A DNA stretch of 64,000 bases from Candidatus Eiseniibacteriota bacterium (GTDB lineage: Bacteria > Eisenbacteria > RBG-16-71-46): contig JBGAOA010000004.1 in assembly GCA_044222065.1 (NCBI GenBank), positions 36,363 through 100,362 on the forward strand, read 5' to 3'. This document shows, piece by piece, positions 49,955 to 61,391 of the stretch. Both the position numbers and the translations under genes were made by a program. A model generated the notes under the pieces. The model saw only the letters and a list, made by a program, of their open reading frames with translations. It was not told the DNA's origin and ran no database searches. Every line of letters begins with the position of its first letter. Position 1 is the stretch's first letter.

Positions 49955-50169
49955 CGGACGGTCCTCCGGGGCGGGATCGGGGTCGGCGGGGGCGCAGCAT
50001 AGCAACCGCGTGCGGAGGCGGCGGCCCTTCCTCCGCAGGTTCGTCCGCAGAAGCTGCGGAGATCCGCGCCCGGCCGCGGGCGCCGCGTTGCGTCGGCGCC
50101 GGCGCGAATCACGCGCGGAGCCGCGATCCACGCGGTCGAAACGCGTGCCGGGCGCGCGCGGGCCCCCGG

Positions 50170-50185
50170 TGGCACGGCCACTGCT
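50170..50185 (+). promoter_or_regulatory. Putative sigma54 -24/-12 promoter
   Basis: TGGCACG-GCCA-CTGCT, with canonical GG-N10-GC spacing. Confidence 0.65.
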
Positions 50186-50195
50186 CTACCGATCC

Positions 50196-50445
50196 CACGT
50201 CGAACACAACGCAACCTCGGACGCTCCGGTCCGCGGCAGGCTTCGAGCAAGGGGACTGCGCCGAAAGGCCGGAAGGAAGAGAGGTCGGCCGCGGATCCGA
50301 GCCTCCGAGGTTACTGAAGAATAGAGGTCGAAGCGGGCAGGTCAGGAAGAAGCGATCGAAGTTCCCCCGGTGCAAGCAGTGCCTCCGCAGCAGAGTCCTC
50401 CAGGACGAACGAACCCTCGAGCCGGCAGGCTCGGGGGTTCTTCGT
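50196..50445 (+). ncRNA. Candidate sigma54-dependent small RNA
   Basis: Lies between the sigma54 motif and a terminator. No credible ORF. Long stem 50213-50312 (AACCTCGGA/TCCGAGGTT, GCTC/GAGC, TCCGCGGC/GCCGCGGA). Several GGA motifs. Confidence 0.45.
50405..50445. terminator. Intrinsic terminator-like hairpin between the candidate sRNA and the convergent activator gene
   Basis: GAACCCTCGAGCC-GGCA-GGCTCGGGGGTTC followed by TTCGT. Confidence 0.65.
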
Positions 50446-50462
50446 CACCCGGGCGTCGCGCG

Positions 50463-52283
<1,821 letters not shown>

Positions 52284-52364
52284 CGCGTCCTCGTCGGCGT
52301 TCGGGTGGCGGCGGACGTTAGCAGAGGGGCGGCGGTCCGGACAGACCTTCCGCGCCGCCCGGCC

Positions 52365-52625
52365 TCAGGCTCCGAGCGCCGTCGCGAGCTTCGGGAGCGA
52401 GACGTCGTAACGGTACCCGACGTTCATGTGGCCGTCGTCGAACTCCTCGTAGTCGTGGGCGATCCCGAGCGCTTCGAGCCGCTTCGCGAACAGGCGCGCA
52501 CCGTGCTGCAGGTGGAACTCGTCCCTCGTGCCGCAGTCCACGTGAAGCAGCGCGAGCGAGCGCAGCGATTCGGCGTGCCGCTCGAGCAGGTTGAGCGGGT
52601 CGTGTTCGAGCCAGCAGCGCCAGTT
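52365..52625 (-). pseudogene. Orphan 3' fragment of the esterase gene (duplicate)
   Basis: Encodes WRCWLEHDPLNLLERHAESLRSLALLHVDCGTRDEFHL...LATALGA*. 52365-52541 is nearly identical to 54140-54316. Confidence 0.8.
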
Positions 52626-52845
52626 CGCGCTCGGCGAGCTCGCGGTGACGCGCTCGATCTGCTCTAAGCCTTCTTGCGCTTCGGCTTGCGTGGTATCGCG
52701 CCCCTGCCGAGTGCGCCGTCGGCGCGGTGGGCGAAGCGCGGCGGAGGGCCGCGGAGCGATGCGGGGTCCGTGACGCTCGTGATTCTGGAATGGACAGCCT
52801 GTCTAACCTCCAGGAAGGCCGCACCACACCTATCGGGGGACCGCC

Positions 52846-53784
52846 ATGACCACCTCGCCGCTGAAGCACCTGTTGTCACTGATCGCCACCCTGCTGCCGT
52901 TGCTGGGCGCCGTCACGTCCCGGGCCGACTTCGTGGTCGCGGACTCGAACTTCGCGGCGACGGACTGGTTGGCGACCATCTACTTTTCCAGCGGCGCACC
53001 CCCATCACATATCGAATTGGCCTCGGGAAGCGGAGGCAATCCGGGCGCCTTCCGGAGGATGACTCACGGGCTCTTGACGTCATCGTCGGTCGGGATCTTT
53101 CACGAGTTCCTGCCCGCTTCCTACGACCCGTCCATCTCGGGCCCCCTCGACTCGCTCACCTATCGGGAGGATCGCGTCGAGTTCTCGCCTCCATTCCCCG
53201 GAGCTGCCATCGGAGCCAATCCGGCGCTGATCCAGGGCGGCGTGCACTACTTCGGACCCAACATCACGTTCACCAACACCCTCTGGCAGACGAGCGAGAG
53301 CCGAGGGCTGACGGCGACGAGCTTCACATCGGCGGCCGCAACGCACCCGGACTTCGGCAGCACCGGGGGGCCGCTCCGATTCGGCTTCGCGCGAAGCAAC
53401 ACGAGCACGGCCTCCTCAGGACTCGGCACGACGCACGGGATCGACAACTGGTCGTACACGCTTCACACAGCTGCATCGGTCGGCGCGCCGGAGAGTGACC
53501 CCCCGACGCGCCGAGGCATGCGAATCCTCGGGCCGAATCCCGGCTCCGGACGGATCGCGGTGCAGCTGTCGTGCGTCGCGGCCAACCGATCCACTGTGAC
53601 CGTGCATGATCTGTCAGGCCGGCGGATCCGCACGCTCGCCGATCGCGAATTCCCGGCGGGCACGAGCGAGCTCGCATGGGACGCTCGCGACGAGCGGGGC
53701 GGCCGGGTGATCAGCGGTGTCTATTTCGTCGTGGTGCGGTCCGATGGCGAAATGGACGCCGCCCGGGTGGTGGTCGCGCACTAG
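52846..53784 (+). CDS. Secreted protein with C-terminal FlgD-Ig/T9SS-like domain
   Basis: Signal peptide. PNP...VHDLSGRRIRTL...WDARDERG...SGVYFV. Confidence 0.85.
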   Translation: MTTSPLKHLLSLIATLLPLLGAVTSRADFVVADSNFAATDWLATIYFSSGAPPSHIELASGSGGNPGAFRRMTHGLLTSSSVGIFHEFLPASYDPSISGPLDSLTYREDRVEFSPPFPGAAIGANPALIQGGVHYFGPNITFTNTLWQTSESRGLTATSFTSAAATHPDFGSTGGPLRFGFARSNTSTASSGLGTTHGIDNWSYTLHTAASVGAPESDPPTRRGMRILGPNPGSGRIAVQLSCVAANRSTVTVHDLSGRRIRTLADREFPAGTSELAWDARDERGGRVISGVYFVVVRSDGEMDAARVVVAH

Positions 53785-54140
53785 GCTCCGTTTGGAGACT
53801 GCACGCGGAAGCAGCTCTCGATGAAGGCGAGCTGAGTCATCGCCAGGAAGTTGACGGCCAGCTTCTCAAAGGGTGTGGCGATCCTCCGGCGCTCTTTGAG
53901 CCAGTCGTTGCACTGCTCGACGGTGCTGCGCTTGCGATGAGCCTCGCGATCGAAGCGGACACGGCGATCGTCCGGGCGGCGAGGCCGGCCCGTCGCCGCT
54001 GTTGGAGGAAGAAACCGTTCGATGATTGCCCACTCGTCATCCGTGAGTTCGTAGCGCCGCGTCGGTCCTGCCTTCCCAACCCCGCCATCCGTAGCGAGGT
54101 GCGGGCCACGTACCCCTTGCGGCAGTCTTCGAACGGAGCC
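53784..54140 (-). mobile_element. Internally deleted IS5-family element (MITE-like, 357 bp)
   Basis: TIRs GGCTCCGTTTGGAGACT and GGCTCCGTTCGAAGACT (15/17). TA duplication inside CTAG. Residual frame RRYELTDDEWAIIERFLP...GRPR fused to ...RSTVEQCNDWLKERRRIATPFEKLAVNFLAM. Start codon reads ACG. Confidence 0.85.
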
Positions 54141-55035
54141 TAGGCCCCGAGCGCCGCCGCGAGCTTCGGGAGCGACACGTCGTAACGGTACCCGACGTTC
54201 ATGTGGCCGTCGTCGAACTCCTCGTAGTCGTGGGCGATCCCGAGCGCTTCGAGCCGCTTCGCGAACAGGCGCGCACCGTGCTGCAGGTGGAACTCGTCCC
54301 TCGTGCCGCAGTCCACAGGTCGCACGGCAGATCGACGCCGAACGGCGGCGTGGCCGGGTTCGGCGAGTAGCTCGCCGCCATGCCGAGCACGTTCAGCACG
54401 GTGAAGTCGTCGTGCTTCTTCTGGAGCTTGCGTTCGAACGCCTCGAGCCACGGGCCGACGCCGCCCGCGCGCTGGATCGCAGTGCAGAACGCGGGCACGT
54501 CTCCGCGGTAGCAGTAGTCGAAGTAGAGATCGCCGCTGTGGCAGGCGACCGCGCCGAACACGTCCGGATGGCGCATGCCGAGCACGAGCGCGCCGTAGCC
54601 GCCCGAGGACTTGCCGGCCACGCCCCGGTGTTCGCGCGCGGCGCGCGTGCGGAACGTGCGGTCCGCCCACGGCACGAGTTCCTCGATCACGTGGTCCTCG
54701 TAGCGGCCGGTCGCGCTCGAGTTGAGGTACTGGGAGCCGCCGTAGCGCGTGAAGCAGTCGGGCATCACGAGGATCGTCTCGCCCGCGCGGCCGGCCGCGA
54801 TCAGCGCGTCCATGCGGTCGTTCAGGGCGGGGGACCAGGGGCCGTCGTTGAGCAGCATCCGGCCGCGGCCCATGAATCCCGTCAGCACGAAGACGACCGG
54901 ATAGCGCCGTGCGGGTTCGGCGTCGTAGGAGGGCGGCAGGTAGACCGGGACCTTGCGCGTCGCCGGATCGCCCGCGCGGTTGCCGCGCAGCGCTTCGCTC
55001 TCGAACGTCTCGATGACCACCCGGCCGCTCTTCAT
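54140..55035 (-). CDS. Putative esterase (alpha/beta hydrolase, Fes-like); internal deletion/frameshift near 54317
   Basis: VYLPPSY, GGSQYLNS, GKSSGG nucleophile elbow, DCG..DE, FDDGH. The segment between DLPCDL and VDCG is missing. Confidence 0.8.
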
Positions 55036-55148
55036 GGGGTACCCCCGCGCCTGCCGTCCCGGGGCCGGAGGCTCCGGCCGGGCCGCAGTGTGCCGCCCCG
55101 GGCCGCCGCGGACAACGCCTCGCGCGGGCCCCGCGGCGCACCGATGCC

Positions 55149-55176
55149 TCAGGTCGGCCGGCCGGCCCGCCGATAA
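55149..55176 (+). promoter_or_regulatory. Putative sigma28-type promoter
   Basis: TCAGG-N15-GCCGATAA upstream of the histidine kinase. Confidence 0.6.
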
Positions 55177-55212
55177 CCCGCGATACCCCGCTCTTCTCAG
55201 AAGGACTCGAGC

Positions 55213-56775
55213 ATGGATCGCCCGGATGGCAACGTACAGACCCTGACCACGCGCAGCCGCGTGCTCTGGAGTCTGGTCATTCTCATGGTGGCCGCGTTCG
55301 CGCTGGCCGTGCCGCTGCTGTTCCTGCCGCTCCTCTCCGACGGCGGCGGCGGCGCCGCGTTCTCGGAACGGAAGAACCAGCTCTACTACGCGCTCTCCGG
55401 GCTCGCCGCCGCCGTCGCGATCCTGTGCTTCGTCACGCTCGTCCGGCAGCGTTCGCTCCAGCACCTGCGCGACACGATCGAGGCGCAGGAGCGCGAGCGC
55501 GACCTGATCCGCTCACGGCTCAACGAACTCACCGCCCTGTTCCAGGTGTCCACGTCGCTGAACCTCCAGCTGCGGCTCGACCTGATCCTCGAACTCATCG
55601 TGCGGCGCGTCGTCTCGACGCTGCGCGCCCAGCAGGCCTCGGTGATGCTGCTCAATCCCGAAACCGGGATCCTCGAGACGCGCGCGTCCTACGGGCTCGA
55701 GTCCGAGTTCGCGAAGAACGCCAAGGCGCGGCTCGGCGAGGGCATCGCGGGCTGGGTCGCGGAGCGGCGCGAACCGCTCATCCTGCAGGGCTCGCGCGAC
55801 TCGAACCCGCACGGGGCGCACTACAAGACCGACCGCAACATCACGTCGGCGCTGTCGCTGCCGCTGCGCGTCGGCGAGCGCGTGATCGGCGTGCTGAACG
55901 TGAACCGCATCCACCATCCCGAGCCGTTCCAGGTGCACCATCGCGACGTGCTCGGACTGTTCGCCGAACACGTCGGCGCCGTCATCGAGCGCGCCGAGGC
56001 GATCGAGCGCATGAGCAGCCGCGCCCGCGAACTCGAGGCCGACAACCTGCGCCTCGCCGAGGCGAACCAGCTGAAGGACGTGTTCCTCTCGACCGCGAGC
56101 CACGAGCTGAAGACGCCGCTCGCGTCGGTGATCGCCTACGCCGAGCTGCTCGAGGAGAACGAATCGGAACTGCAGCCGGCGCAGCGCGAGGAGTTCGTGA
56201 AGCGCCTGAAGGGCGAAGCGAGCCGGCTCATGCGCCTGATCGAGGACCTGCTCGAACTGTCGCGCCTCGAGTCGGGGAAGATCGTGCTCCACCGTCGCGA
56301 GCTCGCGTTGAACGAGATCGTCACGACCGCGCTCGAGACGCTGAAGCCGCAGGCGGCGCGCCAGCACGTCACGCTCGTGACGCAGCTCGCCTCCGACCTG
56401 CCGCGCCTCTCGCTCGACGAGGTGAAGATGCGGCAGGTGGTCGTGAACCTGGTCGGGAACGCGATCAAGTTCAGCCCGATCCGCTCGGAGGTGACGGTCC
56501 GCACGCACGTCGAGCCCCGCTGGGTCGTGATCGAAGTGCGTGACCAGGGCCCGGGCATCCTGCCCGAGGAGACGGCGCACGTGTTCGAACTCTTCGGCCA
56601 CCGCTCGAAGGGGCTGCGCGGCGAGGAGGGGCTCGGTATCGGCCTGCACCTCGTCAAGCGCATCAGCGAACTGCACGGCGCGCACGTCGGCGTGAAGAGC
56701 GAGCCGGGTCGCGGCAGCACGTTCTGGGTGCGGCTGCCGCTCGCCGAAGACGCCGCGCTCCCGAACGCCGCCTGA
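55213..56775 (+). CDS. Membrane GAF-domain sensor histidine kinase
   Basis: 2 TM, GAF, SHELKTPL, NLVGNAIKFS, DQGPGI, GLGIGL. Confidence 0.93.
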   Translation: MDRPDGNVQTLTTRSRVLWSLVILMVAAFALAVPLLFLPLLSDGGGGAAFSERKNQLYYALSGLAAAVAILCFVTLVRQRSLQHLRDTIEAQERERDLIRSRLNELTALFQVSTSLNLQLRLDLILELIVRRVVSTLRAQQASVMLLNPETGILETRASYGLESEFAKNAKARLGEGIAGWVAERREPLILQGSRDSNPHGAHYKTDRNITSALSLPLRVGERVIGVLNVNRIHHPEPFQVHHRDVLGLFAEHVGAVIERAEAIERMSSRARELEADNLRLAEANQLKDVFLSTASHELKTPLASVIAYAELLEENESELQPAQREEFVKRLKGEASRLMRLIEDLLELSRLESGKIVLHRRELALNEIVTTALETLKPQAARQHVTLVTQLASDLPRLSLDEVKMRQVVVNLVGNAIKFSPIRSEVTVRTHVEPRWVVIEVRDQGPGILPEETAHVFELFGHRSKGLRGEEGLGIGLHLVKRISELHGAHVGVKSEPGRGSTFWVRLPLAEDAALPNAA

Positions 56776-56809
56776 GCCCTCCGCGCGTCCACCGCGGCGG
56801 ACGCCCGCC

Positions 56810-58420
56810 TCACGCCGCCGGCTCGGACTCCTCGGGCATCTCGGGATAGTCCTCCGCGCGGAGCGCGCGCACGATGTGCATCGTCGCCGGCAGCGGCTGG
56901 AGATCCTCGCGCTCCTCGGGGCCCATTCGCCGGCGGTCGGCGCGAGCGATGATGCGCACGTTCGGACGTTCGAGGTCCTCGGAGTTCGGCGCGATGACGA
57001 GCGCGATGCGGCCGTCCTGGATCTCGACGAGCTGGCCGGGCGGGTAGAGGCCGACCGCCTGGACGAGCGCCCACAGCGCGTACGGGTGGAAGCTCGAGCG
57101 CAGCGGGCCGAGCACCATGCCGAGCGCCTGGAACGGCGTCACGTTCGCGCCGTGACGGCTGCGATACGCCTGCAGCGACACGTAGGCGTCGGCGACGCTC
57201 ACGATCTGGGACAGCACGCTCGGCGTCCAGCCCTCGAGCGACGGATAGCCGCGTCCGCTCGCCACCATGTGGTGTTCGAGCGACACGCGCATGCAGCGCA
57301 TCGTCGTGGGGTTGAGCGACGTCGAGCGGGCGAGCAGCTTCACGCCCTCGATCGGATGGCGGCGCGCGGCCGCGGTCTCGGCGTCGGTGAAATCCTCGAA
57401 CGAATTCGTGATCTCGTCCGCCACGGCGCTCTTGCCGACATCGTGCAGGAGTGCGGCGACGCCGAGGTCGGCGAGCGCGCGGCGGTCGAGTCCGAGCGCG
57501 TGGCCCATCGTGACCGAGACGAGCGTCACGTTCACCGCGTGCGCGTACGTGTACTCGTCGTGGTGTCCGAGCGACGAGAGCCCGACGATCACCGGCTCCT
57601 TGGCGAACGCACCGTCCACGAGCGGCTGCACGACGCGCTTCGCGATGCGCATTTCGAGCGGCTGCTGGAGCGCCGTCGGCGCGAGCAGCGATCGCATGCC
57701 CTGCACCGCCATGCGGTAGCTCTTGCGGGCGGCGCCCTTCGGGGCGCGGCCCGGCAGCACGTTGACGCCTTCCTTGCGGTCCTCGTCGTGCTCGAGCGGG
57801 TCGCGGGGCGCGGGCGCGCTCCCTTCGATCGGCTCGGGCATGTGGATGCCGAGCGGTGCGAAGTCGTCGTCGGGCGAGACCGAAGAGGCGTGCACCGCGG
57901 GCTGGACCTTGTCGCAGCCGACCGCGAGGCAGGCCTCGAGCAGCGAGGCGCCCGCATGATCCTCGGGGCTCATGAGCACCTCGAAGAACTTGAGCAGCTC
58001 CGCCGGCTCGACGCCGCGCTCGGCGCGCAGGCCGGCGATCTGGCGCATGGCGAACTGCTCGACGAGGAACTTGTGGAATTTCACGTTCGCCGAGCGCACC
58101 GGGATGCGGTGACCGTTCAGGAACAGGTCGCCGTCGAGCGACACGAGCACGACGTCGTCCGCGACGCCGAGCACCGCGTTCACCGCCTCGACGAGCATGT
58201 CGAACTGCGACTGGAACACGCTGTTGTTCGTCTTGTACGCGCGCCCGATGCGGATCGCGCCGGCGAGACGGATGACGAGCTGGAGCCCGAGTTCGCGCAG
58301 GCGGAGGTCGATCGGCGCCATGGGCTGGCCGACTTCGCCCGGGATCGCGCGGCGGCGCGGCAGGCCCTCCACGTCGCGCGGGCCGAGCGCGTTCGGCGGG
58401 TTGCGGTCGGGCTCGCTCAT
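56810..58420 (-). CDS. HD-GYP domain protein (putative cyclic dinucleotide phosphodiesterase)
   Basis: DEYTYAHAVNV, LLHDVGK, EHH...GRGYP, VSVADAY. The RPYR motif is degenerate (YRSRH). Confidence 0.85.
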   Translation of the reverse strand: MSEPDRNPPNALGPRDVEGLPRRRAIPGEVGQPMAPIDLRLRELGLQLVIRLAGAIRIGRAYKTNNSVFQSQFDMLVEAVNAVLGVADDVVLVSLDGDLFLNGHRIPVRSANVKFHKFLVEQFAMRQIAGLRAERGVEPAELLKFFEVLMSPEDHAGASLLEACLAVGCDKVQPAVHASSVSPDDDFAPLGIHMPEPIEGSAPAPRDPLEHDEDRKEGVNVLPGRAPKGAARKSYRMAVQGMRSLLAPTALQQPLEMRIAKRVVQPLVDGAFAKEPVIVGLSSLGHHDEYTYAHAVNVTLVSVTMGHALGLDRRALADLGVAALLHDVGKSAVADEITNSFEDFTDAETAAARRHPIEGVKLLARSTSLNPTTMRCMRVSLEHHMVASGRGYPSLEGWTPSVLSQIVSVADAYVSLQAYRSRHGANVTPFQALGMVLGPLRSSFHPYALWALVQAVGLYPPGQLVEIQDGRIALVIAPNSEDLERPNVRIIARADRRRMGPEEREDLQPLPATMHIVRALRAEDYPEMPEESEPAA

Positions 58421-60210
58421 GCCGCCGCCTTTCCGGAGCCGAGCGCCACGAGACACGCGGCGCGGACCGGCTCGGACTTGGAGTGGACGCCGCTCTGGAG
58501 GATCTCCATCGCCCGTTCGGTGCCGATCTTGAACAGCGTGCGGGCGGCGGCCTCGCGCCACAGCGTGCGGCGCGCGAACAGGCCGGAGAGCTTGAACAGC
58601 AGCCGCTCGAGCGCCGGAATCATGCTCTCTTCGGCGATGTCGAGCAGCGTGCTCAGGAACGCGCGCTGGGCTTCCTCGGGCAGGCTGTCGAACTCGTCGT
58701 TCGCGATGCGGGCGAGGATCGCGGCGTGCACGCGCTCGTTCTTCTCGCGCGTCAGCATGTGGAGCGTCGCGGCGAGCAGCTGCGGGTCGCGCGACGTCAG
58801 CTGCTGGATGAGGATCGGCGTGCGTTCCGCGCGCGAGACGCCGCCGAGCGCGCGCACGAGTTCGCGGCGCACGCGCAGTTCGGGGTGCTGCGACACCGAG
58901 CGCAGCAGGTCCACGACCTCGCTGCCGCCGATCTGCCCGAGCACGAACACGACGTTGCGCACGACGAACCAGCGCATGTCCTCGAGCAGCGGCGCGAGCA
59001 GGCGCGGTTCGTCGGCGCACACGTAGGTCAGGGCCGAGACGGCGGCGGCGCGGGGGCGGGCGCGCGTACACATCGTCATGATGTCGACGCCGAGCACGAT
59101 GGCCGGCTCGCCGAGCGCGGCGATCAGGCCGGCGAAGCGTGCGTGGTCGTCGTGGTTCGCCTCGTCGAGCGCCTCGGCGATCGGCTCCGTTTCGAGGTCG
59201 GCGAGCAGCGCCGCGACGCGCGAGCGCGTTGCGGTGAGATCGGGATCCAGCTCGCGGAGCAGGCCGAGCGCGCCCGTCGCTTCCTCCCACTCGGAGCGCT
59301 GGATCGCGTCCGCGAGCCACGTGGACACGGCGAGCGCGAGCGAGCGGCGCGTGTCGTCGGCGGGCAGCTGATCGATCACGTGCCGGAACATCGGGCCGAC
59401 GAGTTCCGTCCACTGGATCTCGCGTTCGCGCGCCCACGTCGCCTCGAACCCGGCTCGCGACTCGTCGATGTGCGGCAGCAGCGCCTGGTACGCCTGGACG
59501 CTGTTCGACACGACGTCCGGGAGCCGCCAGTCGTCGAACGTGTCGCGATGGAGCCCCTGCGGCCCCTCGAGGGCGCCGAGGCTGCCGCGGATCTCGGAGC
59601 CGCTCGGGTTGATGACGAACGTCTGGCCGCGGAATCCGCGCCGCTCGTGCTGCGTGGGACGGCGCGACGAGAGGTAGATCGTCTGCTCGAGCGGGACCGA
59701 GTCCACGACGAGGTTCTCGAGGTTCGCCTGCCACAGGATCGTGACGAGGTCGTCCTGCGTGCTCACGCCGTGGCCGACGGCGACGAGGGCGTCGAACAGC
59801 GCGTCGTACTCGCGCTGGCTGACCTTCGGCAGGAAGGTGAGACCACGCACGCCGTCGCGATAGAACAGGAACGGCAGGACCTCTTCGGGCCCGGGGATCG
59901 CGCCGCCCTCGAGCTGTTCGCGGGGGGTTTGGCGGACCACGACCTCGTCTTCGAGCAGGATGTCGGTGGCGGTGATCTTGAGATCCCACCGCCCGTTGTC
60001 CTGCAGGATGCGGGTCAGCTGTTCCCAGACCATCTGCCGCGACTCGGCCCCGGCAGCCGACTGGCCCTGGTAGAGGCGGCTGGTCTTGACCGCACGCGCG
60101 AAGAACCGCAGCCACAGCGCGCAGTGCTGCGCGATGGGCGACAGTTCGCGTCCGAGCCCGCCGCGAACGAGCGGCTGGTTCGGATTCTGCGGTTCGGGAC
60201 TCGTGGTCAT
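58417..60210 (-). CDS. HEAT-repeat protein
   Basis: [49 protein letters not shown]-coupled to the HD-GYP gene. Confidence 0.85.
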   Translation of the reverse strand: MTTSPEPQNPNQPLVRGGLGRELSPIAQHCALWLRFFARAVKTSRLYQGQSAAGAESRQMVWEQLTRILQDNGRWDLKITATDILLEDEVVVRQTPREQLEGGAIPGPEEVLPFLFYRDGVRGLTFLPKVSQREYDALFDALVAVGHGVSTQDDLVTILWQANLENLVVDSVPLEQTIYLSSRRPTQHERRGFRGQTFVINPSGSEIRGSLGALEGPQGLHRDTFDDWRLPDVVSNSVQAYQALLPHIDESRAGFEATWAREREIQWTELVGPMFRHVIDQLPADDTRRSLALAVSTWLADAIQRSEWEEATGALGLLRELDPDLTATRSRVAALLADLETEPIAEALDEANHDDHARFAGLIAALGEPAIVLGVDIMTMCTRARPRAAAVSALTYVCADEPRLLAPLLEDMRWFVVRNVVFVLGQIGGSEVVDLLRSVSQHPELRVRRELVRALGGVSRAERTPILIQQLTSRDPQLLAATLHMLTREKNERVHAAILARIANDEFDSLPEEAQRAFLSTLLDIAEESMIPALERLLFKLSGLFARRTLWREAAARTLFKIGTERAMEILQSGVHSKSEPVRAACLVALGSGKAAA

Positions 60211-60317
60211 GTGCGATCGGCCCGGAGTGCAAAACGACGCGTCGCACGGTCCGGCCGAGCCGGCCCGCGGCGCACGATCGAACCGGAGGCGCCTGCCGGC
60301 CCGCCGGTTCACACCGG

Positions 60318-60345
60318 TTATCGGCCGAGACCGCCGGCGATCTGA
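60318..60345 (-). promoter_or_regulatory. Putative sigma28-type promoter
   Basis: TCAGA-N15-GCCGATAA upstream of the HEAT/HD-GYP operon. Confidence 0.6.
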
Positions 60346-60483
60346 CCCCGATCCGGACGCCGGATCGCCCGTCGAGGCGGCCCGTCAGAGTTGTCGAAAT
60401 GGGGCCGGAGCGGCTCGAGATGCCGGCCGGGTGGCGACGAGCGGCCGGGGCGCACGGAGGCGGCGGCGATCGCGGCTCGAAGC

Positions 60484-60513
60484 TTGACCGGTCGCGAGGG
60501 CCTCACGTAGTCT
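60484..60513 (+). promoter_or_regulatory. Putative sigma70 promoter of rpmH
   Basis: TTGACC-N18-TAGTCT. Confidence 0.55.
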
Positions 60514-60563
60514 GCCCCGTCCTTTTCGCACCCAACCTCCCTTCCGAACGGAAGATTGGACCC

Positions 60564-60698
60564 ATGAAGCGAACGTTCCAGCCCCGCAATCGCCATCGCG
60601 CCAAGACGCACGGTTTCCGCTCGCGCATGGCCAAGAAGGGCGGCCGCAAGATTCTCTCGGCGCGCCGCAAGCGCGGCCGCAAGCGCCTCGTCGTCTAG
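60564..60698 (+). CDS. rpmH: 50S ribosomal protein L34
   Basis: [22 protein letters not shown]...RRKRGRKRL. Confidence 0.98.
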   Translation: MKRTFQPRNRHRAKTHGFRSRMAKKGGRKILSARRKRGRKRLVV

Positions 60699-60798
60699 TT
60701 CGCGGCGGCAACCCTTGCTGCCGTGTTCCTCGCTCGCGGTCGGGCTCGTCCCGGCCCGGCTCGCCTCGTCGGCGGTCCACGACCTTCGGTGGAACAGC

Positions 60799-61185
60799 AT
60801 GACCGCCCGGCATCCCGAACGACTCTCGCCGCTGCACCGCATGCGCACGGCCCGGGACTTCACCGCGGTGAAATCCTCCGGCACGGCGTTCCGCGGCCGC
60901 GGATGCGTGCTGCTCGCGCTCACCCGTCCGGGTGAGCCGACGCGCTTCGGCGTGATCGCGAGCAAGCGCAGCGTCGGGAATGCGCCGCAACGCAATCGCG
61001 CTCGGCGCCGGCTCAAGGAGATCGTGCGCCGCCGCTGGCCGCGCGTTCCGCACAACGGCTTCCTGCTCGTGCTCATCGCTTCGCGCGGAACGCTCTCGGC
61101 CGAACACCAGGCGCTCGCGAGCGAGGTCGAACGACTGCTCGCGGCCGCGGGCGCGCTCGATCCCGTGACGCCGGCGGTGTCGTGA
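60799..61185 (+). CDS. rnpA: Ribonuclease P protein component
   Basis: [26 protein letters not shown] (RNR motif). Synteny with rpmH. Confidence 0.93.
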   Translation: MTARHPERLSPLHRMRTARDFTAVKSSGTAFRGRGCVLLALTRPGEPTRFGVIASKRSVGNAPQRNRARRRLKEIVRRRWPRVPHNGFLLVLIASRGTLSAEHQALASEVERLLAAAGALDPVTPAVS

Positions 61186-61391
61186 TGCGCACGCTCGCCC
61201 TCGGCCTGATCCGCCTGTACCAGCTCGCTCTCTCGCCCTACACGCGCGGCGCCTGCCGCTTCCACCCGTCGTGCTCGGAGTACGCGCGCCAGGCGATCGA
61301 ACGCCACGGCTGGCGCGGACTCGGACTCGCGATGCGCCGACTCTCCCGCTGCCATCCGCTCGGCTCGAGCGGATTCGACCCGGTGCCCTGA
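61185..61391 (+). CDS. yidD: Membrane protein insertion efficiency factor
   Basis: [21 protein letters not shown]...GFDPVP. Confidence 0.95.
   Translation: MRTLALGLIRLYQLALSPYTRGACRFHPSCSEYARQAIERHGWRGLGLAMRRLSRCHPLGSSGFDPVP

Noticed and set aside
50335..50360. SRP RNA-like motif CAGGTCAGGAAGAAGCG
   Set aside because: Lacks the AGCAG strand and the correct tetraloop stem of SRP domain IV. No enclosing SRP helix seen.
53676..54143. 155-aa plus-strand ORF
   Set aside because: It is the antisense frame of the IS5 remnant and overlaps the upstream gene.
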